Shown here one piece after another: positions 26,138 to 38,200 of a DNA stretch of 64,000 nt. Within the stretch, counting starts at the first letter, position 1. Each line of letters opens with the position of its first letter. The notes beneath the pieces were generated by a model. That model did not search any database, was not told the DNA's origin, and saw nothing but the letters and a program-made list of their open reading frames with translations. Both the position numbers and the translations under genes were made by a program. Origin of the DNA: a virus (Duplodnaviria; Caudoviricetes); IMG/VR virus record IMGVR_UViG_3300020011_000226, positions 1 through 64,000 of that record; one strand, written 5' to 3'.

Positions 26138-29100
26138 ATGGTAAAGAAGTTAATGGCTTGGAAGACCAAGGGCATGAATCAGGACATGAGTGTAAGTGCA
26201 TTCAATCCAGAGTTTGCCTTTGAGAACATGAACCTCAGGCTCAGTACCAATGATGGTAATACCATGATGAGCTGGGTTAATGAGAAAGGCACTTTGAAAC
26301 TGGCAGCTACTGTTGATGTGCCGACAGGGTATGATGATTCAAATGACAGAATACAAGGCTATCCCATAGGAACAGCTGTACTGAACCATCATCTGGTGAT
26401 ATTCACTACCACCAACATAGCCCCCACTGCGGTCAAGATAGACAGGATATACAGGGTAGACAATATTGATACTGCCAATGCCACAGCTTCAGCAACTCTA
26501 TTGTTTGAAGGCAGTCTTGACTTTAATATCGACTATCCCATAGAGACATTGGTGTCCTTTGAATCGGAGGATATACAGAAAGTCTACTGGACTGATGGGA
26601 ACAACCAGCCCAGAGTCATAAACATTGCCCCAGGAGCAGAGTATAAGACAGCTGATAATAAATTCCTCAATACTCAGTTTGATTTTGTCCCAGAGCTAAA
26701 GCTGGAAGAGAGTGTTACCGTCAATAAGCTGTTAGGTGCAGGAGGAGCATTTGCATCAGGAGTTATCCAATATGCTTTTACCTATTATTATCTGCATGGT
26801 CAGGAGACTAACATCTTCTATACCACCCCCTTGCTATATGTGTCTCCTGGAGACAGGGGCGGAAGACCTGATGAAAAGGTTGACAATGCCTTCCAGATTA
26901 CCATAGATAATGTTGATACCAGCTTTGACTATCTGCGAATATACTCTATTCATAGAACCAGTCTTAATGCTACCCCGTTTGTTAAGAGGGTGCAAGATGT
27001 CAGTCTGGAGAATCTAGGCTGGGCAGATGAGGGTAACCACGGTAAGGGTAAGAGGGTATCCTATACAGATACTGGCTATAGTGGAGACAGTGTAGACCCT
27101 ACAGAGCTGCTGTATAAAGGAGGAGAGAACATAAAAGCACTGACCTTAGAGCAAAAGGATGGCACTTTGTTTTTGGGTAATATTGAGCAGACAAGAGAGG
27201 ATAGGCTGAAGCTTTCAGGCTTAAATGTAGTGGAGGATGATAAGACAAGGACAGTCACCCCTGCTATCCAGAACAATGGAAGCTATACCTACGGCAACCA
27301 GTTGAGTAATACAGCCTCAAAGCCATGTGGCAGTTTCAAGAGAGGCAATACCTATAGGTGTGGTGTGCAGTTCCAGCATAAATCAGGTAGATGGAGTTCT
27401 CCTGTGTTTATTAAAGATGTTGATATTACCAAACGCCCTACTCATAATGGCAGCACAGTTGACCTGCCAAGGCTAAAAGGAACTATTCCACAAGATAAGT
27501 ACGACTATCTGAATGACCTTGGCTATAAAAAGGCAAGGGCTGTGGTAGTATTCCCGCAACCTCAGGACAGGAAAGTCATCTGCCAAGGGGTAGCTAACCC
27601 TTGTATCTATATGCCAGATAGAATTAAATATCAGTCCTCTTGGTTCTTCAGGCCTTATACTGACCCCAGTAAATTGGTAAAAGGGTATGACTGTAAAGAC
27701 GACGGTAGCACTATAGGTAGCACTACAGATGGCAGCGTGGCTCCAGTAAGTCTATGGAATATGGTCACTCAGGATGGAAATGGGAAACATTGGTCTATTT
27801 ACAACCAAAGAATTCCATATTTTAAGTATTCTACAACATCGGATGGAGGTATCTATGATGAGGGTTCTCCAGAAGCTGTAGCCAAAATCCCATTTGGCCC
27901 GATTAGAGATAAGTTTGATCCTAATAACAATCCCGTGGGCTTTTTGCCTGATCAAGACATCATGTTTATGAGGGCTGTAGAAATTGAAGGTGCTTACTCC
28001 TTACCCCCTCAAGTTACGTTTAATTGGTGGACTGTTAATACTCCAGAAGCGGAACTTGGGGATGAGATGGCTACAACAGATTTCACAAATTCAACCTATC
28101 AGGGTGTAGGATGGGCTAAAGTGACACGTACTTTGTCTGATATAGACATCCAAACAGAAACACCCACTATTAGTAAGGGTGGTGCTGGTTTTATACACCA
28201 TTCTTTTGATAGTCCAGATACCTATGGTATAGTGTCAGGAGTGTTCTACGATGACTATTTAGTAGATGATAGTAGCGAGGATGCTGACTCAGCCAAGATG
28301 CAACCTTGGGCAAAACAGAAAGCCCCTGTTAAATTTATGGTTTACCCTTGGCAGATGGGAGGGTCGTTGAATAATGATATGAACAGACCAGCTGATAAAG
28401 GCGTAGCTAGTGCAATCCTAAAAAAGAAAGTTATCTCTAACTTGAGATTTGCTACTACTGCCCTTTCTGAAAATATTACAAAGGTAGATGAAAATAACAG
28501 CACTCTTAATGGCAGTCCTCAATTATTTTCTTCTGATGATGTATCAATACTCAAGTTTCAGAATGGTTTGTACTATGGTAATGTAGATACCATGCTTACC
28601 CCAAAAACCTCCGTGGGTACATACTTTGTAGTTGATAACATTACTGGTGAAGAAAAAGAATCCATCAGTCATATAAAATACTTAGAAGTAAATTTCAGCA
28701 GTAAGGGAACAAGCTTTACCTCTGATAATTGGGGAAAAACATTTTCCAATAAAGAAACAGCGAAGAATGGGCGTTCTATCATGCTTTATAAGAAAGGCTC
28801 AGACGATACTAATGAGGACTGGCTAGGAATAGACGATGACCTTGGAGATGCTTTTGTTGATTTGGTACTGAAGAAAACAGGAGTAAGGATGAAATATAAA
28901 TCCTCTCCACATATAGTACTTAATGTAAAAAATGCCATCTATGACCATTTGGAGGAGTACAGCCTGCCTATCTTTGAGGTATGCAAAACTCCTACCAATA
29001 TGTTTGGCGGGGATTCAGAAGATGCTCTAAGGGAGAATGTATGGATTCCTTGCGGTGAACCTGTCAAGTTGAATAGTGCTGGAGATACCATATTCTATTA

Positions 29101-30520
29101 TGAGTATGGAGATACTTATTTCCAGCGGTATGATTGTCTGAAGACCTATCCGTTTACCCCAGAGGACACCAACCAGATAGTAGAGATAGGCAGCTTTATG
29201 CTGGAGACCTACATTAATATCGATGGAAGGCATGACAGAAACAGAGGGCAGCAGAATAACCTGAATATGACACCACAGAACTTCAACCTGCTGAATCCTG
29301 TGTATAGTCAGGTGGATAACTTCTTCAGCTACAAGATTATGCCAGAAGACTACTATAAGACACAGTACTTCCCCAACCAGCTGACATGGACTCTTACTAA
29401 GGAGAGTGGGTCAGATGTGGATAAGTGGACTAACCTTACCTTGGCTAGTGTTCTGGAGCTAGATGGAGACAAAGGACAGGTTACTTCCTTGCAGAGACTG
29501 AATGACCAGCTTATTTGTTTCCAAGACACAAGCATTAGTCAGATACTCTATAATGAGAATACCCAGATTTCCACTACTGAGGGAGTGCCTATCGAGATTG
29601 CCAACAGTGGTAAGGTGCAAGGAAAGAGGTACTTGACTGACTCAGTAGGATGCAGTAACAAGTGGTCTATCTGTAATACTCCTGCTGGTATCTATTTCAT
29701 GGATTCCATCAATAAGGGTATCTACCTGTTCAATGGTCAGGTGACTAATCTGTCAGGCAGTATGGGATTCAATGCATGGTGCAAGGAGAACATTCTCAAC
29801 TATGAGACTAAATGGAATCCTTCATTCCCAGAGACAGGATATATGAGCAGCTTTGTTACATACTATGACAAGCTAAATCAGGATATATTGTTCATTGGTA
29901 ATTCAAGGTGTCTTGCTTTCTCAGAGAAATTCCAGGCATTTACCTCATTCTACTCCTATAATCATTCTCCTTATTTCTGTAACTTTGATGGTAAGGGCAT
30001 TTGGTTAAGAGCAGAACCTGACCAGCAGATGGCCTATGGTGTACAGTTGTACCAGCATCAGGCAGGAGAATACAATATGTTCTTTGGAGATAATAATTTC
30101 CAGCCTTACTGGATGAAACTTGTGGGCAATCCTGAACCTCAGATGGACAAGATATTCACCAACTTGGAGTTCAGAGCTTGTATGTTAGGCAGTGAAGGCA
30201 ACGAAGGCATTATCATTAATGATGACAGGTTCTCTCCATATCTGCCCTTTGACACTCTTGAGGCTACCAATGAATACCAGCAGGGTAGGACAAATCTACA
30301 AACTAAGTTTGGGCATGCCTTGTTTAAGCATGGAGAGTCTTCATCAGCACTCATCAGGAAGTTCAGGATATGGAGGTGTGACATTCCGAGGAATAATCTT
30401 AGCACCAGCCATAAGACTGACAGGATGAGGAATCCTTGGCTGTATCTGACATTGAAGAAAGATGTTCCAAATACAGTGAAGGCCGAGATACATGATATAG
30501 TGATGACATACTATACTTGA
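26138..30520 (+). CDS. Tail stabilization / muzzle protein
   Basis: 1460 aa, KGMNQD start, VYWTDGNNQPRVIN, GDTYFQRYDCLK, RKFRIWR..IPR...RMRNPW end; beta-propeller-like. Confidence 0.8.
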   Translation: MVKKLMAWKTKGMNQDMSVSAFNPEFAFENMNLRLSTNDGNTMMSWVNEKGTLKLAATVDVPTGYDDSNDRIQGYPIGTAVLNHHLVIFTTTNIAPTAVKIDRIYRVDNIDTANATASATLLFEGSLDFNIDYPIETLVSFESEDIQKVYWTDGNNQPRVINIAPGAEYKTADNKFLNTQFDFVPELKLEESVTVNKLLGAGGAFASGVIQYAFTYYYLHGQETNIFYTTPLLYVSPGDRGGRPDEKVDNAFQITIDNVDTSFDYLRIYSIHRTSLNATPFVKRVQDVSLENLGWADEGNHGKGKRVSYTDTGYSGDSVDPTELLYKGGENIKALTLEQKDGTLFLGNIEQTREDRLKLSGLNVVEDDKTRTVTPAIQNNGSYTYGNQLSNTASKPCGSFKRGNTYRCGVQFQHKSGRWSSPVFIKDVDITKRPTHNGSTVDLPRLKGTIPQDKYDYLNDLGYKKARAVVVFPQPQDRKVICQGVANPCIYMPDRIKYQSSWFFRPYTDPSKLVKGYDCKDDGSTIGSTTDGSVAPVSLWNMVTQDGNGKHWSIYNQRIPYFKYSTTSDGGIYDEGSPEAVAKIPFGPIRDKFDPNNNPVGFLPDQDIMFMRAVEIEGAYSLPPQVTFNWWTVNTPEAELGDEMATTDFTNSTYQGVGWAKVTRTLSDIDIQTETPTISKGGAGFIHHSFDSPDTYGIVSGVFYDDYLVDDSSEDADSAKMQPWAKQKAPVKFMVYPWQMGGSLNNDMNRPADKGVASAILKKKVISNLRFATTALSENITKVDENNSTLNGSPQLFSSDDVSILKFQNGLYYGNVDTMLTPKTSVGTYFVVDNITGEEKESISHIKYLEVNFSSKGTSFTSDNWGKTFSNKETAKNGRSIMLYKKGSDDTNEDWLGIDDDLGDAFVDLVLKKTGVRMKYKSSPHIVLNVKNAIYDHLEEYSLPIFEVCKTPTNMFGGDSEDALRENVWIPCGEPVKLNSAGDTIFYYEYGDTYFQRYDCLKTYPFTPEDTNQIVEIGSFMLETYINIDGRHDRNRGQQNNLNMTPQNFNLLNPVYSQVDNFFSYKIMPEDYYKTQYFPNQLTWTLTKESGSDVDKWTNLTLASVLELDGDKGQVTSLQRLNDQLICFQDTSISQILYNENTQISTTEGVPIEIANSGKVQGKRYLTDSVGCSNKWSICNTPAGIYFMDSINKGIYLFNGQVTNLSGSMGFNAWCKENILNYETKWNPSFPETGYMSSFVTYYDKLNQDILFIGNSRCLAFSEKFQAFTSFYSYNHSPYFCNFDGKGIWLRAEPDQQMAYGVQLYQHQAGEYNMFFGDNNFQPYWMKLVGNPEPQMDKIFTNLEFRACMLGSEGNEGIIINDDRFSPYLPFDTLEATNEYQQGRTNLQTKFGHALFKHGESSSALIRKFRIWRCDIPRNNLSTSHKTDRMRNPWLYLTLKKDVPNTVKAEIHDIVMTYYT

Positions 30521-30551
30521 GTAGCTATGACATAGCGACATACAGGACGAG

Positions 30552-30588
30552 AGGTAAGGGAGTCTTAATGATTTCCTTACCTTTTTTT
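30552..30588 (+). terminator. Intrinsic terminator
   Basis: AGGTAAGGGAGTC/GATTTCCTTACCT stem plus T-run. Confidence 0.7.
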
Positions 30589-30629
30589 ATGGCAGATGTA
30601 AGTAAAAGGGTATTTCTTAGGGGATTCAT

Positions 30630-30637
30630 TATTTTTG
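30630..30637 (+). promoter_or_regulatory. -7 promoter box, cargo protein operon
   Basis: TATTTTTG(C) upstream of 30657. Confidence 0.55.
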
Positions 30638-30656
30638 CATCAAAATAGTTCTTAGT

Positions 30657-33600
30657 ATGACAAAGAGGAATAAGCTTTATACAGTCAATAGGTGGAATCA
30701 GTCTGCCTTTAATTTATTTCCTGATGGGGGTAGTATAGGCAGTCTTTCTGCTAACAGCCCTTCTGACTTTTGGGGAATCAATTCCTCATTCAGTCCTGCC
30801 CAAATTAACCAGACTGGACTACAGATGGCAAAAACACAAGCACAGAATCAAGCTATGAACCAGTATCTCCAGAACTATGGTGGTAAGGAGAATGCAGTGG
30901 GCAATCCTCTTAGCTTTAAAGAAGCCTTCAGTAAAGCTGGATTTAAAAGTGCTTTAAAGGCTGGTGCTGGCTCACTGATTAGTGGTGTTGCAGGTGCTGT
31001 AGGAGGGATAGCAGGTGGTGCTATTGGCGGAGGACTGAGCAGTGGTGCAGGAAATGCCATTGGAGATATTGGTGGTACTGTGGGCTCTGCTGTGGGTGCT
31101 GTGAATCCTATTCTTGGAGGTATTATAAGTGCTGGTACAGGAATTGTTGGAGGACTTGTCAATAGGGCTTTTGGCACTAAGGTAAATGAAGAGGCACTGA
31201 GAGCTGCTAATGAAGGTACTGCCAGACTAAGCAACTTTACCAGCAATGCAGATTCATTTGATGCTATTAAAGGCCCAGAAGCTGTTGCAAAAATTGGTGA
31301 TGTTTATGAAGGTGGCTGGTTCTCAAGCAGCAAAGCAAGAAGGAAGAATGAAGAGCTGAGAAGGCAAAGAGAGGTAGCTAAGAGCTGGGCTGAAAGAAGC
31401 GTTACTAACAATGTGACCAATCTTGTAGATGACCAACTGAATGATGCATTGGCTAATTATTCTGCCTTTGGTGGTTATCTTGGTGACTTTGGAGGCGGTG
31501 CTTTGGATTATGGATTAGCTATGGACTATATGACTATAAAGAAGAGAGAAACTGAGGCTAAGAATAAAACAGCAGGGCTGGTTCCTCAACCAAGAGCCTT
31601 TGCCATTGGTGGTGACTTGCAGACTCATGGAGCAGACTGGACAGATGGCTTGGTAAGAGTGGATGCAGGAGGCTCTCACGAAGAGAATCCTAACCAGGGA
31701 ATCCAGATGGGAGTAGATCAGAATGGTACTCCTAATTTGGTGGAAGAAAATGAGACTATCTTTAATGACTATGTTTACAGTGCGCGAATCAAATGTGATG
31801 AAGCTACTAAGAAGCTTTTCCATCTTCCCAAGAAGAGAGATATTACCTTTGCTGAACTATCTAAGAAACTGGAGAAAGAGGCAGCAGAAAGACCCAATGA
31901 TGCAATCAGCCAAAGGGGACTGGAGGCATCAATGTCAGACTTGGCAGAACAACAGGAGAGGCAGAAAGCAGAAATGGAAGCCCAAAGAGCCAAGGAGGCT
32001 TTTGAGGCATTGACTCCTGAGGAGCAGACTGCTGTCATGAAGAGGGCAGCACAGGAAGAGCAAATGGCTCAACAGGCTATGATGCAACAGCAAGGTGCTG
32101 AAATGGCATCCCAGCCAACAGAAGAAGAGCTGGCAATGGCTGAGCAACAAGAGCAGGAGTATAACCTTGATCAGGAACCCCAGACTTTTGCCAAGGGTGG
32201 TAAGCTCTATGAAAAGCTGTTTGATGCGGTGGGTGTACATACTGCCAAGGAGTTCAGAGACTGGGCAAAGGAAAACAATATAGTCTATTTTGCTGACCTT
32301 GACAAAGATGATGTGGACTTGGACAAGCTGCCTTGGGAAGGGCTGCTTTCTACAGAGACCTTCCAGAATGCTTTGGCCAAGACAAATCCTGCATTGGCTG
32401 ATGCTATGAGGAGAGGCTATGATTTCGGTATGTACTCTCCAGAGAATAGTGGTAAGGCAACTATCCAAAGTATTAGCAGAGGTAATTGGAAGACCACTGA
32501 TGGTAAGGGTTGGAGAGGCTCAGAGGATTTAGCTTTCAAGCAGGCTACTGAAGGACTGTCTGATGCAGAGATAGATGCTTTGACCACTGAGCAGCTGGCT
32601 GAAAAAATGAGAAATACTGAGGCTTATAAGAATACCAGCAAGTGGCTGGAAACTCCAGATAATGCATTGATGTACTTGAACACCCTTCTGAATGACCCTG
32701 ATACTCCTCAGGTAGCAAAGGACTATGCTGCCAGGTTTGTGAAGGATGGCAGGTGGAAAGATGGGTTCAACTATGACTATGCTACAGTATTTGGCAGTAA
32801 TGGTAAAGGGGTAAGGGAAACTAACCCAGGAACTTATTGGCATACAGCTATGGAAGCCAATAGAGGTAATCAGACAGGCAACTTTGTCATCAATGAGGAT
32901 GGTACAATAGAGCCTATTATAGGTGCTGTACCTACAGATTGGACAGCAGCAGGTAATTATAACTGGGCTACTCCAGAGAATGGCATTGCCTATAACTATT
33001 ATAGAAGACCCACAGCTGCAACTACCGCAACTGCTATAACCGATCCTGAAGGAGAGAAGACTCCTGAGGAGAAGGCAAAGGATTATGTTCCTGATTTAAG
33101 GAAGGAGACATCATTTGGTATGTTTGGGCCTTTGCTGAACTTAGGACTTATGAGTGCTGGTGTAGGTAGGCCCAATACTTCAGGATTGTTTGCAGCAGCC
33201 AGCAGAGCAGGGGACTATAGGACAGCTGACTGGATGCCAAGAGGAGACTTTGCAGTCTACAAACCTGATGACTCCTGGTTCTATACATCACCTATCCTTG
33301 CTAATTCAAGAGCAGCAGACAGGAGCATACTGAACAGTGGAGGTAACCAAGGCAGTAAGATGGCAGGAATACTTGCCAATAACTACAATACCCAAGTAGC
33401 CTTAGGACAGGCTCAGAGGCAGCAGTTAGACCATAACTTTGATAAGTACATGAAGGTAAAGACATTCAACGGTGACATCTATAAGGATAACCAGAGAGAG
33501 TTTGGTCAGGACAGCAGGTTTGATGCCAGTGCCTACAATGAGGCATCCAGAGCCAATGCCCAGTTGAATATGCAGGCAGCAGCCCAGCAAATGGATGCTG

Positions 33601-33830
33601 ACAGATGGTGGGCAAGTAACCTCTATGGTAATATCAATGGTTTATTTGATAGGATTAACCAATGGGAGAAATGGAAGAGAGACCGCAATGCTGTGGCAAA
33701 GATGGCTGCAAATGGTATATTTGGTACTGGTACTGACAATACTCCCATCTTCAGTGGCTATGTGAAAGAAGATGCCAATGGAGGCAAGATTAAGAGAAAG
33801 AAGAACAAGAAACGTGGTTTAACATTCTAA
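30657..33830 (+). CDS. Virion cargo/ejection protein with glycine zipper
   Basis: Long GxxxG zipper near the N-terminus, GGSHEENPNQGIQMG...LVEENETI motif, position after the muzzle gene. Confidence 0.7.
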   Translation: MTKRNKLYTVNRWNQSAFNLFPDGGSIGSLSANSPSDFWGINSSFSPAQINQTGLQMAKTQAQNQAMNQYLQNYGGKENAVGNPLSFKEAFSKAGFKSALKAGAGSLISGVAGAVGGIAGGAIGGGLSSGAGNAIGDIGGTVGSAVGAVNPILGGIISAGTGIVGGLVNRAFGTKVNEEALRAANEGTARLSNFTSNADSFDAIKGPEAVAKIGDVYEGGWFSSSKARRKNEELRRQREVAKSWAERSVTNNVTNLVDDQLNDALANYSAFGGYLGDFGGGALDYGLAMDYMTIKKRETEAKNKTAGLVPQPRAFAIGGDLQTHGADWTDGLVRVDAGGSHEENPNQGIQMGVDQNGTPNLVEENETIFNDYVYSARIKCDEATKKLFHLPKKRDITFAELSKKLEKEAAERPNDAISQRGLEASMSDLAEQQERQKAEMEAQRAKEAFEALTPEEQTAVMKRAAQEEQMAQQAMMQQQGAEMASQPTEEELAMAEQQEQEYNLDQEPQTFAKGGKLYEKLFDAVGVHTAKEFRDWAKENNIVYFADLDKDDVDLDKLPWEGLLSTETFQNALAKTNPALADAMRRGYDFGMYSPENSGKATIQSISRGNWKTTDGKGWRGSEDLAFKQATEGLSDAEIDALTTEQLAEKMRNTEAYKNTSKWLETPDNALMYLNTLLNDPDTPQVAKDYAARFVKDGRWKDGFNYDYATVFGSNGKGVRETNPGTYWHTAMEANRGNQTGNFVINEDGTIEPIIGAVPTDWTAAGNYNWATPENGIAYNYYRRPTAATTATAITDPEGEKTPEEKAKDYVPDLRKETSFGMFGPLLNLGLMSAGVGRPNTSGLFAAASRAGDYRTADWMPRGDFAVYKPDDSWFYTSPILANSRAADRSILNSGGNQGSKMAGILANNYNTQVALGQAQRQQLDHNFDKYMKVKTFNGDIYKDNQREFGQDSRFDASAYNEASRANAQLNMQAAAQQMDADRWWASNLYGNINGLFDRINQWEKWKRDRNAVAKMAANGIFGTGTDNTPIFSGYVKEDANGGKIKRKKNKKRGLTF

Positions 33831-33846
33831 ATATGGAGGAGTAGAG

Positions 33847-35193
33847 ATGCCAGGACACTATAATAATTATTCTCTAGTAGCTGATACATCAACATTCAAT
33901 CCCTATCAGAGTATGCAGGAAATGCTTACTCCCTTTGTGATGTATAAAGATGCTTTTGAGAAACAGGAAGCTGCCTATGATGAGTTGAACAGGAAGGCAG
34001 GGGGTTTTAAATACCTTGCTGACACACTGCCTGAAGGAAGTAGGGCAAGAGAGATCTATGAAGGGTATGCCAAAGACTTAGAGGCACAAGCCAAAGACTT
34101 CTCTTCCAATGGTCTCAATATGAGTAACAGAAGAGCTTTACTTGGTTTAAAGAGGAGGTATCAAGGAGAGATTGGCAGGTTAGAGAAGGCTGATGAAGCC
34201 CTGCAAGAGCAAAGAAAGTTGAGAAGTGCTGCAAGGGCAAATGGCCAAAACCTGTTATATGCAGAGGACAATCTAAGTATAGACCAGTTCCTCGACAATC
34301 AGAATCCAAACCTCTACAGTGTCAATGCTGATGAGCTGAGGAAAGAAGGTGCTCAGTATGCACAAGCAGCATCATCAAGAATTTATGGGGATACCAGAAT
34401 ACAGAATATCAATAAGTATTTTCAGGATATTATACAGACCCAAGGATACAGCCCTGAGGTGTTGGCAGCATGGAGACAAAACTTGGAGAGTATTCCAGAG
34501 TTTAACCAAGCAGTCAATGATATTCTTGAAGGTAGGCAGGTCAATGGTAATCTTACAGGTAGAAACCTTGAGATAGCCCGACAGAATGTTATCAATGGCA
34601 TCATGGAAGGAAGTGCTTATCAGGAAAGACGTAGTGTCCAACAGAATCCTGGTGTACTGACAGCTGCTCAGGCTGCCAGCAATGCTTTGGGCTGGGCTAA
34701 TCATAACTTAAGTGTGGCAGCACATGGTATGGTAAGAGATAAGAATGGCAAGTATGTCAGCCAAGATGAGTGGATGTACACTCATGATGAGAATGGCAGA
34801 AGAAATGGCTATTCCAATGAGTATATAGAGGCTGTCAAGAAGGGTCTTGTTCCAGGCAAGAATGTTAAGATGGGCAATGGTAATAACAGTACAGCAACCA
34901 CCACTAAAGCTACTAATAGGAAGCTAAAGGAGGCCCGTCAATATAATGGTAGCGGGGTAGTTAGTCCTGTTACCAAGAATCAGAAGACTACCTATGGCAA
35001 GAAAATATCTTACGCAGAGGCATTGACTCTTGATCCTAGTATTTCACAACATGATCCAGGGTATGAGGATTATTATGAGTACTTTAATAATGGGGGATTA
35101 GTTACTGTAGTACCTTTGGAAAGCAGTGTTAAGGAGACTCCTGATACAAACAGTAATACCAGCAATGCTAGTTCTGATGATAATCAAATTTAA
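33847..35193 (+). CDS. Virion cargo/ejection protein
   Basis: 448 aa helical, FNPY..QEML.P start; synteny between cargo genes. Confidence 0.6.
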   Translation: MPGHYNNYSLVADTSTFNPYQSMQEMLTPFVMYKDAFEKQEAAYDELNRKAGGFKYLADTLPEGSRAREIYEGYAKDLEAQAKDFSSNGLNMSNRRALLGLKRRYQGEIGRLEKADEALQEQRKLRSAARANGQNLLYAEDNLSIDQFLDNQNPNLYSVNADELRKEGAQYAQAASSRIYGDTRIQNINKYFQDIIQTQGYSPEVLAAWRQNLESIPEFNQAVNDILEGRQVNGNLTGRNLEIARQNVINGIMEGSAYQERRSVQQNPGVLTAAQAASNALGWANHNLSVAAHGMVRDKNGKYVSQDEWMYTHDENGRRNGYSNEYIEAVKKGLVPGKNVKMGNGNNSTATTTKATNRKLKEARQYNGSGVVSPVTKNQKTTYGKKISYAEALTLDPSISQHDPGYEDYYEYFNNGGLVTVVPLESSVKETPDTNSNTSNASSDDNQI

Positions 35194-35207
35194 AGAGCAG
35201 AAGAGAT

Positions 35208-38200
35208 ATGGCAAACAATACAGGCTTAAGATTTAATCCGCTGACAGGCCTTGGTGGCTGGAGAGACAATCAACAGCAACAGAGCGTTCCTACAGTAGCA
35301 GAAGACTATATGAACCAATTCACCATGCCTATACCAGAATGGAAACCAGAGCGGCTACAAAAAGCAAGAACTTTTGTAGCAGATGTCAATAGTGGCAAGT
35401 TTGACAATTGGAATCCTATGGAAGATTATGACAGATGGCAAGGTGGTCTTAGAGGATTGTCCAATGATGAGCAGGCCATTTGGGAGTCACAGAACTATGC
35501 CAAGATACTTGATCAAAGCGAAGAATGGAGAGATAGGCTGTGGAGAAACCAGCAGTTTGTTAATACCTTTGGCATGGAAAGATTCCAGCAAACACCTGAC
35601 AAGAATGAAAGAGACAGAATGTATGAAGACTATCTGTTAGGTGATGCTATTGGTAAGAAGTATGGCTCTAACAGTAATCTTGAACAGCTAATGTCTCTCA
35701 CCCCTGAAGGTAAGAAAGAACTTCTGAACTCAGACTATAAAGCAAACTGGCAACTTAAACAAAGTGACCAAGCAGCAGAGAACAAGGATTGGGAAGACTA
35801 TACTTTAGGTGAAAGATGGAATGCTGTTAGTTCTGATGTGAGCAGCTATGGTATGGCAGGATTAGGTCTGGGTACTACCATTGGTGCAGCCTTTGAAGGT
35901 GTAGGAAGTATTCCTGGTGCAGCCATTGGTGGTCTGATTGGTGCAGGAACTGGCTTGGTTATGGGAGTTCTTAATCCAGAGGATGCAGCAAGTACTAATG
36001 CCATGCAAAGAAGGGCTGAGAATGATGATATTCTGAATAAGATAACTGTTGCTGATAATGAAAGAAAGAAGGTTGATAGTCAAGATTCCATCAATGATTT
36101 ATGGTCAGCTTACACCAAGGCATATAGTCAGGGACAGATTACCTCAGAACAGGTGGATGAGATGTTTGACAATCTGGCTCTAAGTGGTAAGAGGACTGCT
36201 ACTGATAAACTTGGGAATACCCAAGAATATGACTATCATGGCTCCAATTACTATACCATGTTCAAGGATGAAGATGAGTTTGAGCACTTTGGTACTGTAG
36301 ACAAGCTAAAGTATATTGCCCAGAGTCAAGTATTAGGACAGAAATATGGTCAGGGTACTGCTATCAATATATTGGAGCAGGACATGCAGAACTATGTGTC
36401 AGACAATCAAAGTAGCTGGCAATGGGCAGGTAATTCCTTGAAGAATGTATGGGTAGGCGGTGTAGCCAACCTTGCCAATAATGTGACAGCCCTTGGTGCA
36501 TTGAGTGCAAAAACTTTTTATGGAGAGGAAGGATTGGCTGAGTATCTGAAAGGTAAGGATGCATCTGGGGATGGTACAGACAACTGGTTTAACCCCCAAT
36601 ACTGGAACAAGGTGGATCAATACAACACTTTTGATACAGATGCTATTGCCAAAGCAGACCAGAATGGTGGTATCTCCATATATAATAATGTGGTTACCCC
36701 AGGTACTGAAGGAGACTTCTGGAGTTGGAATACTTTAAATGAAGCTGTGCGCATGAATAAATTCGCATGGTCAGACTTACTGAAGAACCTCTCATTGGGA
36801 AGAATGGTAAGAGGTGCTACCAGACTTGCGGGTGGTGTAGAACTTGCCCCTGGAGTATTAGCAACAGAATCTCCAACGGCGGCACAAGCTATCAACAAGG
36901 TAGGTGCTCTTGGTGTAATGAATGCCTCTTCATTAGGTATTGATGCAGCCTATGGTATGCAGACTTATGAAGAAGTACTCAGACAAAACAATGAGAAACT
37001 TGACCAGATTATAGACAAAGATACTGAAACAGAAGTACAAAGAAGGCTGCAAACCAAGGAGGCACAAGCTGACTTCCGTAGGTTTGTAGATACTGAGAAT
37101 GCCCGTAGGAAAGCAAGAGCAGGTGAAAGAGGCAGTTATATTGCTGTAGATGAAGATAAGGCCTTTGTAGATTATACTGAGTATCTGAGAAAGCAAGTTA
37201 GACAGGAACAAGAGGCCTTACATCAAGAAGACAGGCAACAGGCTGAGAATGATGCAGCAAATGCCTATGCTGTGGATGCTAGTATTGAACATTTAAGAAT
37301 GGCTACCACCAATGGAGTGTTCAAGAGCTATTTGTTTGACAAAGGCACATTAAATGCCATAAGGAAGAACAATCCTTATGTGGCCACTACTACTAAGAAT
37401 GGTCAGTATGCTCTGGCTAAGAATGCTACAAGAAATGCAGCACTTAAGCAAATGGGCGTACAGGTATGGGGTGGATTCCACTCTAACTACTTTGACGATG
37501 TAACAGTAGGTTTTGCGGAGGGCTTTGGACTACAGGACTATAATAACTACCTGCTACAGAAATACAATCCAGCAGCCTATGGAGCTGTTATTGACGATTA
37601 TGTGAATCCTTTTGTTGCTGGTATAGCTGGAGCTACCAATGCTATGACAGAGAAGAGAAGTTTCTTGGATGGTGGTATTGGAGCCTTAGGAAGCTTCATG
37701 ACTGTATCTCCAAATGTCAATGGTATGATTAGTCATAGGCAAAGAATGAAAGAGCTTGCAGAAGCTAATAAAAAGCAGGGAACTGAGAAGCAAGGTATCT
37801 CTACAGCAGAATGGATAAGTGACTTTGTGAACAATCCTGTATTGCAAGCAGTAGCAGATGCCAAGCAGAAAACCAGGATGACTGAGGCAGAAATAAAAAG
37901 AATTAATGATATAATAAAAGAGTCTGGCTATTCGTTGGATAATATAGTGGAAACTGCATCAGCACTGAATCAGAAAGTCATAGCAAGAGAAGGAACTTCC
38001 CTCATAGAAGCTGAGGATGCAAAGGATAGAGAAGCCTTTGCACTGGCAAGTACTTTACTCAGTCTAAGGAACTCAGGTGTAGTAGCTAATGCACAGGCAG
38101 AACCTAATAAAGCCAACTGGAGCAGGAAGAAGAGAGCTGCTGCTACTATAGGCAGAGGATTTAATATGCTGCTTGGTGTTCCTATGTTCAATGAGGCAGA

